Under the pieces are notes generated by a model. It searched no databases, had not been told where the DNA came from, and saw only the letters and a program-made list of their open reading frames with translations. From contig NC_043022.1 of the NCBI RefSeq assembly GCF_006345805.1, positions 7,006,001 through 7,070,000 of the forward strand: a stretch of DNA of 64,000 nucleotides, read 5' to 3'. The position numbers were made by a program, and so were the translations under genes. How positions within the stretch are numbered: position 1 is the stretch's first letter; every line of letters begins with the position of its first letter. Source of the DNA: Octopus sinensis (taxonomy: Eukaryota). Below, one piece after another: positions 26,640-39,599 of the stretch.

Positions 26640-27408
26640 AAATATGTGTGCGTGTCACGCAAATGGCACCCATTACACTCTTGGAGTGGTTGGTGCTAGG
26701 AAGGACATCCAGCCATAGAAAACCATGCCAAATCAGACTGGAGTCTGGTGCAGCCTTACAGCTTACCAGCCCAGGTCAAACCGTCCAATCCATGCCAGCA
26801 TGAACAACGGACATTAAATGATGATGATGATGGTAATGATAATATATATCCACACATATATATATGATGGGCTTCTTTCAGTTTCCATCTACTAAATCCA
26901 CTTACAAGGCGTTGGTCGGTCTGAAGCTATAGTAGAAGACACTTGCACAAAGTGCCATGCAATGGGACTGAACCCAGTGCCATGTGGTTGGTAAGCAAGC
27001 CTCTTACCACACATCCATCCCTGTGCCTAGAATCAGTTGGAAACAATTATTTAAAGCATATCAATTAATGGGGGGTTTTTTTCCTGTTATGTTATATTCT
27101 TGCATCCCTCCCCCAATGCCCTACAATGTCTTAATGTTTTGTGTTTTTATTTAATATTTTCTTAATTTTTTTGGTTGTTTTTTATTTGTTTTTTATTTAA
27201 TGAACTTTTTAAACAAGTTTGTATATGTATGTGTATGTATATATATATATATACATACATATGTGCATGCAAATATATATATATATATATATATATAAAT
27301 TTAGATTCAAATGAATATGGTACTTAATTTAGATGCACCAGAATTCTGTATGGTGTTATCCATAAAAATCCGCTGGGTGATTATAATCAAAATAAGCAAT
27401 AAGAATGA

Positions 27409-27505
27409 CTCCGGTAATTTGGTACGATCGTTTCGTACTACATCATTTTATTGTAAGTATTACAACAGTTTTCAAATGCTGAGCACTCATCAGCCAATTA
27501 TAGAG
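27409..27505 (-). ncRNA. type I hammerhead ribozyme motif
   Basis: Minus strand: TTGG-CTGATGA-GTGCT...AGTAC-GAAAC-GATC-GTA-CCAA; stems I, II and III all pair. Confidence 0.8.
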
Positions 27506-29272
27506 GTTTTCCATTAATACAAAAATTTTCATATCAAGTGGCAACATTATAGAGAAGGTAGATATATAGACAAAGATGTGGATTTGAATTTTAAGAACAT
27601 TTGAGGTAGTGGAGCCCATCAACTGACTGACTAAGATTCAGTTGCTCCAGACTATTGTAAGGTTCTGAGAGGGAAGAACAAATGAAAAGAGACAATAAAG
27701 ATTTTTTAATTATAGAAATGGGGTAAAGGGGATGTCAGAGCTCCATATAAGGAATTTATGTAGAAGACAGCATTGTCACTACTAAATGCCAATTACTACT
27801 ATTTCATGAACAGATTCAGCGTTAGGAGAACTAGGTCAGTGTCAAGTGGTCACAATAACATTCACAGAGAATGCAGAGACCTTACAAACCCTATGCACAT
27901 CATCACAACAGTTGGTCTATAAGTTCCAAGTACTTTGATATGTTAGAATAAAGGAAAAAAATATAAATCTAAAATTTATTCAATTTGGAGAAAAGGACAA
28001 CTTAGTACTTATTAACTGGGGGAAAAGCCTTATTAATCAAGTGAACATATTAGGGGTCGAAATATATACTAAGAAAGATGGAAGAGGGAAAATCAAAGAA
28101 GGCAGATATTCATAGGTTTAGTAGAAGGTGATATTTTATTATATGAAGAGAGGTAATTTAGAAGAGTAAATTATTCAGATTTCATTGATAGTGAGTTGAT
28201 ATTAATGAATTAAAATATAGGATCTGTTGGAAATAAAATTTACTACCTGCGGATAAAAGTTAATTAGTTAGGTAAAAATATCTTAGGTTAATTATATATT
28301 AAGAAATGGGAGTGAGATAATCAAGGTGAACCGAATAGTTTCCCTAGGGACATAGGATTAATGCTACTTAGTATTGGAGAACATTAAAAAGAAGAATTTA
28401 ATTCTAAGTTTGCAATGAAGTTTTATAATCATTTATGAGTGTTAAACTAAAATCAGTATGGTATATTCGTTCCTATTTGGTTAAATATATTTTGTAAAGA
28501 TATCTTAGACTAATTATATATTAAGAAATGGAAGTGAGATAATCAAGATGAACCAAATAGTTTCCCTAGGGACATAGGATTAATACTACTTAGTATTGGA
28601 GAACATTAAAAAGAAGAATTTAATTCTAAGTTTGCAATGAAGTTTTTTAATCATCTATGGGTGTTAAACTAAAACCAGTATGGTATATTCGTTCCTATTT
28701 GGTTAAATATATTTTGTAAAGATATCTTAGACTAATTATATATTGAGATAATCAAGGTGAACCGAATAGCTTCCTTAGGGACATAGGATTCATACTATTT
28801 AGTATTCCTACTATTTGGGATTCATACTATTTAAGATCCCAACCATTTAGATTCATACAGTTTAATTATAGAAAAAGGAAGAATTCAATTTAAAGTTTCC
28901 AGTGAAGTTTTTTTAGTCATCTATGAATGTTAACTTAAAAGCTAGTATGGTATATTCCTTCTTATTTGGTTGTAAAGAATGAAAATTTGAAAAATATAGG
29001 AATATTCACAAAATTATTATTTAAAGTATTTAAATGTTCAGGTCGTACGATGTATACAAGATACTCCCAGCTCCAAATGGTTATTCAACAGATTTGTATT
29101 ACTCTGATGTTTCAAAATTTCATAAGTTTCCATAGAACAAAGTTGACAACCATCCCTACTATTTCTATAAGGTTTCGCTCTTCTTACTATATCAATCCAC
29201 AACTTTGTCTATATATCTACCTTCTCTATAACGTTGCCACTTGATATGAAAATTTTTGTATTAATGGAAAAC

Positions 29273-29369
29273 CTCTATAATTGGCTGATGAGTGGTCAGC
29301 ATTTGAAAACTGTTGTAATACTTACAATAAAATGATGTAGTACGAAACGATCGTACCAAATTACCAGAG
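29273..29369 (+). ncRNA. type I hammerhead ribozyme motif (sense to the host pre-mRNA)
   Basis: CTGATGA at 29285-29291, GAAAC at 29344-29348, GATC loop, GTA triplet at 29353-29355; stem I TTGG/CCAA. Confidence 0.78.
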
Positions 29370-29806
29370 TCATTCTTGTTGCTTATTTTGATTATATATA
29401 AATATATATATATATATATGTATATATTTATATATGAAGGCACTTGACCTTGTAGTTAGGGTGTTGCACTTGTGATCACCGGATCACAGTTTCAATTTCC
29501 AGGTCGGATGGTATGTGGTGTTTTTGAGCAAAATACTTCATTTTATATTGTTCCAGTCTGTTCAGCTGTAAATGGGTAACCTCCGCAATCGTCTCGCCTT
29601 CCGTTCAGGGTAGAATGTTGGCCTGTCCGTCTGGCCAATGGGATGGCATCATTCAATGATGGAAAGCTCATTGTGACCAGTGATATATAACAACATCTGA
29701 TAATCTGGGCGATTACGTGATACATACATACATATATATATGTATATATATATATATATGTGTGTGTGTATATATATATATATGTGTATATATGTGTGTG
29801 GTATAT

Positions 29807-29842
<36 letters not shown>

Positions 29843-29854
29843 AATATATATCTA

Positions 29855-31435
29855 CAGGATGCATAAAGTATTTGAGAACATACCTTTTCTGAGTCATTGC
29901 TGCAATTTTTGATAACTCTGTATAATCTTTGTTTCAGAAAGTAATAATGGCAGACCCTCAAGAAATGAAGTCCCATGCTCTTATTGTGGTTATAAAGACT
30001 GAGCATAGCGATTTAGAGATATCTCAATTTTTAAAAGTTGCCAGATCTTTCATCTACAAAGTTTGTAAGGAGCTAGAGACTGAAGATGGCAACGTATCAC
30101 CAATATCAAAGCATAAAAGTATTCTAAACTCTCTGAAATCATCAGAACACCTGAATTTATCCACCAAGTTCAACAGATTTGTTGTCCCCGAAGACTTCAG
30201 ATATAAGTCTTATATGATGAGGAAAGGTCAATTTGTCAGAAAAAGCAAAGGAAACTCACTACATCAGATCCCAAAAGGCTCTTAAACAAACTGAAAAATC
30301 CTGCAGAAGAAGATTTGATTTGGTTTTTTTTCAAATGAGAAAAACTTTGACCAAGATCAAAAAGTTAACACAAGAAATGACAGATGGTTATATGTAGGCC
30401 CTTCTGAAGTTCCAAGTGTTATGCATACAAAATTCCTGCAGCTGTCATGGTTTTAGGGGTCAGCAATGAAGAACATGTGGTGCCACTTTACTTCTTTCCA
30501 TAAGGTCTTAGAGTTAACTCTGCCTCCTACATTGAGGCCCTGGAAATAATTGTTAAGCCCTGGATAGACAGTGTATGCAATGGAAGGCCATATGTGTTTC
30601 AGTAAGACTCTGCACTATCACACATGGCTCTAGTAACACAGGAATAGATGGCTGAAAATTTTCATGATCACGTAACCCCTAACATTTGGCCTCCTAATTC
30701 CCCAGATCTCAATCCATTACACGTGGAGCATTGTTCAGAGAGAGGTCAATGAACACACCCATAACACCAAAGATTCTTTAAAAGCTGCCATTGTCAGAGT
30801 AATGTCCAAAATGAACCAGGACCACTTGATTTGAGCATGTAGATGATGTATATTTCATATAGAAGCAGTTGTTGAAGCTGAAGGTGGCTTTATTGAATAA
30901 CATTATAGAAAAGAAGGTTTATTTCTATCCTCATAGCATTCATCATCATCATCATCATCGTTTAACGTCCGTTCTCCATGCTAGCATGGGTTGGACGGTT
31001 CGACCGGGGATCTGGGAAGCCAGAAGGCTGCACCAGGCTCCAGTCTTATCTGGCAATGTTTCTACAGCTGGATGCCCTTCCTAACGCCAACCACTCCGTG
31101 AGTGTAGTGGGTGCTTTTTACGTGCCACCTGCACTGGAGCCAGGCGAGTCTGGCATCGGCCACGGTCGGATTGGTGCATTTTACGTGCCACCTGCATGGA
31201 AGCCAGTTGAGGCGGCACTGGCTTCGGCCACAATTTAGATGGTGCTTTTTACGTGCCACCGACACGGGAGCCAGTCGAGGCGGCGCTGGCGTCGGCCACG
31301 ATTCGGAAAGTGCTTTTTACGTATCTCCAGTCCAGGGGTCCTGGCATCTGCCGGGTTGATAAATAAAGTTACCTGTTATTATATATCTGTTTTTTTATAA
31401 ACATAAATCTGTCCTCAAATATCTTACGCACCCTG
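29855..31435 (+). mobile_element. decayed maT/DD37D-type Tc1-mariner transposon, with a SINE insert near its right end
   Basis: 25-bp TIRs (20/25 match), TA TSD; FFSNEKNF, WPPNSPDLNP and EAEGGFIE* remnants; 37 residues lie between the second D and the expected third D. Confidence 0.85.
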
Positions 31436-31464
31436 TATATGTATATAATATATATGTGTGTATA

Positions 31465-31500
<36 letters not shown>

Positions 31501-32656
31501 GCATGGATGAATTTATAGATATTGTAATACATTGCTACATGCATTTCCACAAATCACATGTTTCTTACAATCATAGTCCACATTGCTGGGATAATTACAT
31601 TACTGTCCATGGACATTGGGTGGATCATGTTCTTGTGTTCACTTCTTCAGGTGATATGGCATTAACATTGGAAACAGTGGATGCATAACTGAGGGTTTTT
31701 TCGCAATTCTCACCAATGCAAAGGTTGATTGGGGTATATATATATATATATATATATCACGTGATCACGTGACCGACCAGACCATCGGATGCTGCTACAC
31801 ATCGCTGGTCACAATGCGTTTGCATTGTTTTAGCCTTCGAACGATGCCACCCCGCTGGCTAAGCGAGCAGGCCAACAGAAGAAAGAGTGAGAGAAAGAGT
31901 GGTGAAACAGTACAGCAGAGTACATATTCTCACTTTTGTCAGCTGAGTAGACTGGGCCAATGTGAAATGAAGTATTTTGCTCAAGAACACAATGTGCTGC
32001 CTGGTCCAGAAACCGAAACCACAATCTTACAATCACGAGTGTAACACTGTAGCCACCAAGCCATGCACCTCCACACACACACACACACAGACACACACAC
32101 ACCCATATCATTATTTACCTTCCTATGACAACATTTGACATTCAATATTTGTTATTCTTCTGTGAGTTTATTTCAAAACAATCCCCTCTAAATGAGAAGT
32201 CAATTAATTTGTAATTAGTTATTCCCTAATTATTTATCTCATTATGTTTATATAATTTCTCTCTCTCTCTCTAATTGTATATCTGTTGTGTTTATTTAGT
32301 CCCTCTACCTCTCTAATTATTCCTCTCTTATATCTATACAACACGTCTCCTTCTCTAATTATCTCAGGTTTATTTAAACCCTGTCTCTCTCTCTCTCTCT
32401 CTCTCTAATTATCTTCGTTTATTGTGAGATACTCAAACCGGAAGTGTGCTGCTGTTTATGGTCGGCTGATTGTCATCTCAAGACACTCAACCATCCTCTG
32501 TCCTCCAAATATATTCCAGAAACATCTTTCTCTGCCTGCACTTGCTGGAAACTCTTTTCACTCCTCTTGTCAATGGAGATCCATCGATAGTCTCACATGG
32601 TTTGATTTCAATTTCACTTGCCTCGACAGGTCTTTGCAACCAATATATATATATAT

Positions 32657-33079
32657 AGGCGCAGGAGTGGCTGTGTGGTAAGTAGCTTGCTTACCAACCA
32701 CATGGTTCCGGGTTCAGTCCCACTGCGTGGCATCTTGGGCAAGTGTCTTCTGCTATAGCCTTGGGCCGACCAAAGCCTTGTGAGTGGATTTGGTAGACGG
32801 AAACTGAAAGAAGCCTGTCGTATATATGTATATATATATGTATGTATGTATGTGTGTGTATATGTTTGTGTGTCTGTGTTTGTTCCTCTAGCATTGCTTG
32901 ACAACCGATGCTGGTGTGTTTACGTCCCCGTCACTTAGTGGTTCGGCAAAAGAGACCGATAGAATAAGTACTGGGCTTACAAAAGAATAAGTCCCAGGGT
33001 CGATTTGCTCGACTAAAGGCAGTGCTCCAGCATGGCCGCAGTCAAATGACTGAAACAAGTAAAAGAGAAAGAGTAAAGA

Positions 33080-33080
<1 letters not shown>
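32657..33080 (+). mobile_element. SINE family A, full length
   Basis: Similarity to other copies. Confidence 0.9.
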
Positions 33081-33139
<59 letters not shown>

Positions 33140-33445
33140 TAGTGGTGAGTATGTGTGTGTTGACATGCTGCAGTTTTGCTTGAGGGAAGCAATGGTATTT
33201 ACATTTCTTGTTGACGTTGTGACTGGTTGCTCTGCATTTTCAAAAACCTGTAAAATGAAATGTAATTCCTTATTTGGAAAGCAGGCTTCACAACAGGAGA
33301 AGCATCCAACTGCCAAATCCTGCTTCAAGTCTCCATCCACACCCTGCCAGCATAAAAATGAAGAATAAGCTTTTTTTACAACTTGGAGTTCCAACTTATG
33401 CAGTTTCAGCTTTAAACGAATCACATAACACCCACACACACACTT

Positions 33446-33482
<37 letters not shown>

Positions 33483-33601
33483 TCCCGGTCTGGGTTCAAT
33501 CAGTTTGATCTCCAGCCATTGTCAGTCAACCTCCATCTTCACACATCAGTTATAGCAAGATAAATTCAAACGACAGATGTTTCGTGAACGACAATGTTTA
33601 A

Positions 33602-33822
33602 CCCTTTCGTTACCAACCCGGCTGAAACCGGCTCTGGCTCTGAGTACAAATGTCTTGTTTACATAAGTTGTGATTTAAAATCTTCCACCAAACCTTAGTC
33701 ACAATTTATGTTCCTAACGCTAGCTGAATGATAACTAAGTTATTTCACTAAGTTCTTTGTTTATATTTCAAGTAATTGAAAGAAACACGGGGCATCTCAA
33801 AATAAATACGGTAACGAAAGGG
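33602..33822. mobile_element. piggyBac-like MITE
   Basis: 13-bp perfect TIR CCCTTTCGTTACC, TTAA TSD. Confidence 0.85.
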
Positions 33823-34448
33823 TTAATTACTTTTGGCTTAGAAAAATAAAGTTCCAGGTTTAAATCCATTCTGTTCGTTTGACCTCCAGGTAACAAAACA
33901 CCTGAGGGAGGAAGGGACCAAAGACCAAAACTTAGTGGAACACAATCAACAGTCAAACACTGAAGTTCTTTTAATATCTTATATACTGGGAATTCTTGTA
34001 TTCTTTGGATGAAAAAAATGTCTAATTCTTAACCGGAATTATTGCTCAGTAGTTTTTAATTGGAATAATACTGAATTGATGAATGTCATAATGCTAATTC
34101 CTGTTTGTGATTATGCTAATTCTTGTATGTGATAATGATAATTTCTGTATGAGATAATGTTAATTCTGTATGAGATAATGTTAATTGTTGTATGTGATAA
34201 TGATAATTTCTGTACGAGATAATTTTAATTCTTATATGTGATATAATGTTAATTTCTGTATGAAATCCATAAACTTCTGCATGGGATAACATTAAACCCC
34301 TGGCACCGTTAGAATGGTCATAATTCTTTAACAAAATAAATATTATTTTAACCTCTCTCTCTCTCTCTCTCTCTGTTTAATACATGTGTGAAACGTTTTA
34401 TATGTGTGTGTGTGTATATGTATATATATATGTGTATGTGTATATCTA

Positions 34449-34494
<46 letters not shown>

Positions 34495-34989
34495 GATATA
34501 TATACATACACACACACCCAATTATTGCATTCCCTGTTAATTACATTATTCAATTGTAGCCGCTGACATTGCAATACAGTGAAAATCACTCATATATCAT
34601 GTGTGTGTGTTTATGTACACACACACACACCACACACACACACACACACAATGTTTGTATGTTATATGATATGTAATGATGTATTATAATATTTCAAAAT
34701 AATTGTATTTCACTAATATTTTAGTGTTTATAACATTGTGTGTGCATACGTGTATAATAACTCTATATTTGTGAATATAATGAGCTTCTGAGATATATGT
34801 TGTATACATACATACATACACACATGTCCACATACACACATGTTCACATACATACATACATACATACATAGAACGTGTGTGTATGTGTGTACTGCATGGT
34901 TTGCAATGAGAACTTATTAACATTAATTTTTTCTCTCACTCACACACACACACACACATACACACACACATGTATGCATATATCCTTTC

Positions 34990-35945
34990 GTCCAAGGTGT
35001 TATCAGCAGACATGAAGGCATTGCTGACCATTTAAAAATTCTTTTTTTGTGGCTGCCTTTTAGGTACTACTTCGCAATGCGGCATGATGTTCTTGCTAAA
35101 ACAATATACAATTGAAAAAAGGACTGTCCTGGAATAGATACACAGAATCCTTCTCTTATTGAATACATCATCATCATCATCATTTAACGTCCGCTTTCCA
35201 TGCTAGCATGGGTTGGACGGTTCAACTGGGGTCTGGGGAGCCCGAAGGCTGCACCAGGCCAGTCAGATCTGGCAGTGTTTCTACAGCTGGATGCCCTTCC
35301 TAACGCCAACCACTCCGAGAGTGTAGTGAGTGATTTTATGTGCCACCGACACAGGTGCCAGACGAGGCTGGCGAACGGCCACGCTCGGATGGTGTTTTTT
35401 TATGTGCCACCGACACAGGTGCCAGACGAGGCTGGCAGACGGCCACGCTCGGATGGTGTTTTTTATGTGCCACCGACACAGGTGCCAGACGAGGCTGGCA
35501 AACGGCCATGATCGGATGGTGTTTGTTACGTGCAAATATTCACACAAGAAATACTGGTGGAACATTCCCATCAAAACTTCAGTGAAGCGTAAGCATAACA
35601 GGCCAGATATTGTTGTTTGGGCCAGACAAGAAAAAGCATGCACAGTCATAGAGGTCAGCTGCCCTGTTGGTGTGAATATCTCTTTGAAAATCTATGACAA
35701 AGAGAACTAAGGGCAAACTGCTTTGGAAACCTCTTGCTTCTGTGTCCAGATTATAAGTCACATTTATACCAATGGTAATTGGTTCTCTTGGTTTTGTGAG
35801 CAAATGCTTAAGTGGCAATGTGGATAAGCTAGGGTTTTCAGAAAAAAGGAACCGGCAAGCTAATTGAAACACATTAGAAACACAATCTGTAAGTGGAACT
35901 GTAGAAATGTGCAAGACATTCGTCAAGTTTAAAGTGTGACATTTT
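34990..35945 (+). mobile_element. RLE-type non-LTR retrotransposon (R4/NeSL/CRE-like) 3' fragment, interrupted by a SINE
   Basis: RHDVLAKTIYN and HNRPDIVVW...VIEVSCP motifs. Confidence 0.75.
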
Positions 35946-36089
35946 GGTTTGTTATCTGCACATTGCAATGGCGGAGCTTTGTATCTTTGTTAGAAACCAG
36001 CTCCTTCTTCAGAGGAAGATTTTGAAAGAATTAAAAATACAGGAGAACATACCTGCATACATTACATTACATCAATCCATTCACCTGCA

Positions 36090-36760
36090 TGCATGCATAC
36101 ATACACACATACATACACACATTCATACATTCACACACACACGCATACACACATACATACATACATACATGCATACACACATACATGCATACATGCACAC
36201 ACATACATACATACATACATACACACATACATACATACATACATACACATACATACATACACACACATACATACATACACACACATACATACATACACAC
36301 ACATGCATACATACATACACACACATACATACATACATACATACATGCACACACATACATACATACACACACATACATACATTCATACATACACACACAT
36401 TCATACATACATACACACACACATACATACATACATACACACACACATACACACATACATACATACATACACACACACATATACATACATACACACACAC
36501 ATACATACATATACACACACACATACATACATACATACATACACACATACATACATACACACACATACATACATTCATACATACACACACATTCATACAT
36601 ACATACACACACACATACATACATACATACACACACACATACACACATACATACATACATACACACACACATATACATACATACACACACACATACATAC
36701 ATACATACATACATACATTCACACACATACATACACACACACACACACATATGCACATAT
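36090..36760. repeat. (ACAT/AC)n compound microsatellite
   Basis: Visible directly. Confidence 0.95.
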
Positions 36761-37649
36761 AATGTTCTGATTAGTTTGACTTACCATTGCTCTCTCCCTC
36801 TCTCTCACACACACACACACACACATTCCTATATGCATACACACATACAAAGTCTCACTCACACACACACACACCTGTATACACATACACAAATGGCAAC
36901 CAAGAGCATGGTGTGGTGGTGATACCTTGTGGTGGTGGTTTTTTGTGCATCTGATTAATCTGTAATTCAATATTCACCAATGTAATAATATGTTGTACAT
37001 ATCTGACATGGTGGTGGTGGTGGTCACTAGTGGAGGGGCGGCGTGGGAGGAGTTGTCTAAGGAGTGACAAATTATATGTTGACATGAAATGAAATCATTT
37101 GTAAAGTGGTGTGGTTGTTTAGCCCTTGGTCGACCACCCTGGCCCGAACAGATCTATGATCGGAGGAGACATTCCAGTGGTGACCATCTTGACATTTTTT
37201 TTCTATCTGAGATAGGATAACCTGGATAACAGTCTGCAATGTGTCCTTCTGTTTTCAAGGCAGTAAAGGTGATTAGGCTGCTATTTCTAGCTGGTCAATC
37301 TGCTATGTATATAGTGTTGTTGTTGCTACTACCACCACCACCACCACCACCCTCACCAGTTTACATTGGTTGAGATGATTTCTTGAAGATTTATACCCAA
37401 ATGCTGCATTGTCACAAAATTAACACAAGAGTCAGAGGACTTTGTTATCTTCATTAATTATGACAAAATGCTTAATCGGCATTTCTTGCAGCTCCTTATA
37501 TTCTCAGTTCAAATCCAGCTGAGGTTGACTTTGCCTTTCATCCTTTCAGGGTCAATAAAGTACCAAATGAGTTCTGGTGGGGTCAGAATTGTAATTGATT
37601 TGCTCTTCCTCTCTAAATTGCTGGCCTAGTGTCTGAAATTAGAAACAAA

Positions 37650-37658
37650 GTATTATTC

Positions 37659-37710
<52 letters not shown>

Positions 37711-38340
37711 CATCATTATTATTCCAATGCTATTGCATGCTAATTTTAATTAGCAGAGATGTTGTCTTGAGGTTGGGTGACAACAAGTCTCCTTAAATCT
37801 CAAGAATCTTCTTTTTTAGGATTCTTGCAGAATACAGGATTATCCTTTTTTACAGGTTGACAACGTGAGTCTTCATTCCAATATTTTTTCCCCCACCTCT
37901 TAAAGATGCAGTTTGCGTCTTATGTCAGATGCACCAAGTACCACTGCAGTTATTGTTGTCTTAGTCGTCCACAGTCTCTACCATCTCTCAGGCTAGGTCC
38001 TGATATCTCTTAGTTGTCTTTGATATCCATTCTGTTATCATATGGTATTGCAAAGTCTGTGACCCTACATTTTTTTTATGTCCTCTACTATCATATCTGG
38101 CCTTCTATGGAAAAATCCCATAATACCCTAGAATTACTATTCACCATCACAGCCCCTGCCTTATGTTCATATCACTTCTCTGTCAGAATTCACATGCTTG
38201 GCTAATATTCCACCACACCCTTTATAATGACGCAGTTATGCCTGTACTTATACTCTTTTCATGCTAGCTTACTGCAATCACTTAGGAGATGAGTAATACT
38301 TTCATCTTGTTTTCCACAGATTGTGTGTTTGTTCTCTGAC
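37650..38340 (-). mobile_element. RLE-type non-LTR retrotransposon 3' fragment, decayed, with (TAA)n tail
   Basis: ICGKQDESITHLLSDCSKLA zinc-knuckle remnant, followed by RH, LWDF and DFAIPYD motifs. Confidence 0.7.
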
Positions 38341-39181
38341 TGAATTTTAAATAATAACAACAACAACAAAAAAACAAGAACAATGACTACAACAATTAGA
38401 AGCCAATGAAAGTTACTTGACTTGCTAGAAATGGCAGTCATATCTTTCTCAACTTTGTTTAAAAGGGAAAGTTTCCTTTGGAAATTTTATTTTGGGATGG
38501 CCATAGCTTAAACATCTTGGATTACAGGTCTGCTAGATCAAGGCTAAGTAACAACAACAGCAAAAACAACATTAAAGAGTCAGATGAAAAGATAAATAAA
38601 TAAATTAGTACCACATAAATAGCTCGTTACAGAAATTTGGAGATAATTCTTTAATGCATTTAATCACTTTTAATTTCCTTTCTAGACACAAATGATAATT
38701 TTTGTTTTATGGAGACAAACATTTGTTTGTCTGGGCCTTAATGAGCTATTGTTTAATTACAAACAAGCAGGAAAGCAAACAGAAATAACAATTGCTTCTA
38801 ATTTAGGCATGAGGCCTGATATGGTGGGAGTGGGGATGGTGGTGGTGGTGGGGGGTGAAGGAGCTGATGGTGTTGTGTAGAGGTGGTGGTATTGAGTGAA
38901 GGTGGTGAGGTGTGGGTGAGTGGAGGTGGTGAGGTTTAGTGAAATCAACGCCAGTACATGACTGGTACTTTGTTCTTTTCATCCCTGAAAGATAAAAGAT
39001 AAAGTTGACTGTGGCTGGATTTGAACCTAGAATGTAAAGAGCTGGAACAAAAATGCCACAAGGCATTATGTCCCCCAGCACCAATGATTCCATCATTTGA
39101 CTATTCTGTGGATTTCAACATGGAGATGTTAATTGCATGGGGTGCAGTAGAGCTGTTGGACATGTTGGGCCCTCTCACCTA

Positions 39182-39561
39182 CACTTGCGTCAGAAATTAA
39201 TTAGCACTTCTCAAATTTCTACATTAAATAGGTTAAATCAATTAACCTATGAGCTGTTCAAAACGTCTTACGCGATGAGAAAACTTAGTATGGTGTGATT
39301 TCGGTCCTTGCGAGGCGCTACCTATATCTATTAAACAAAGGAAGATTTGTCTGCATCCGCACTCCAAGTTGTTGTTGCACTGCTATGTCAACATCATAAG
39401 GCTGTAGACTCTCAAACTGCTCTGCAAACAAAGTTACGTCATCGTTCTGCGCAACAGTGAACTCGCAACAAAGCAATAGTTCGAGATATGGCCACTAGGT
39501 GACAGCACATACCTTGAGTGAAGAGCAAATCAAGGGTGCTAATTAATTTCTGACGGTAGTG
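39182..39561. mobile_element. Tc1/mariner-type MITE
   Basis: 26-bp TIRs CACT..CGTCAGAAATTAATTAGCAC (2 mismatches), TA TSD. Confidence 0.85.
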
Positions 39562-39599
39562 TATTCAGTCTGTGTTGTTGTTTAGCCCTGGGTCACCTT

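Larger units (their letters stand above)
27382..29396. mobile_element. ~2-kb element bounded by ~205-bp inverted repeats, each containing a hammerhead ribozyme (Penelope-like inverted pseudo-LTR structure, non-coding)
   Basis: 27382-~27586 is the reverse complement of ~29192-29396, with 5 substitutions in my hand alignment. The ends read TATAATCAAAATAAGC / GCTTATTTTGATTATA. Confidence 0.8.

Noticed and set aside
27590-29190. Coding sequence (RT, GIY-YIG or transposase) inside the inverted-repeat element
   Set aside because: The frames I translated by hand are stop-rich with no recognisable motifs; a TBLASTX search would be needed to exclude an old remnant.
35944-36922. HT/YI-repeat ORFs
   Set aside because: Microsatellite translations.
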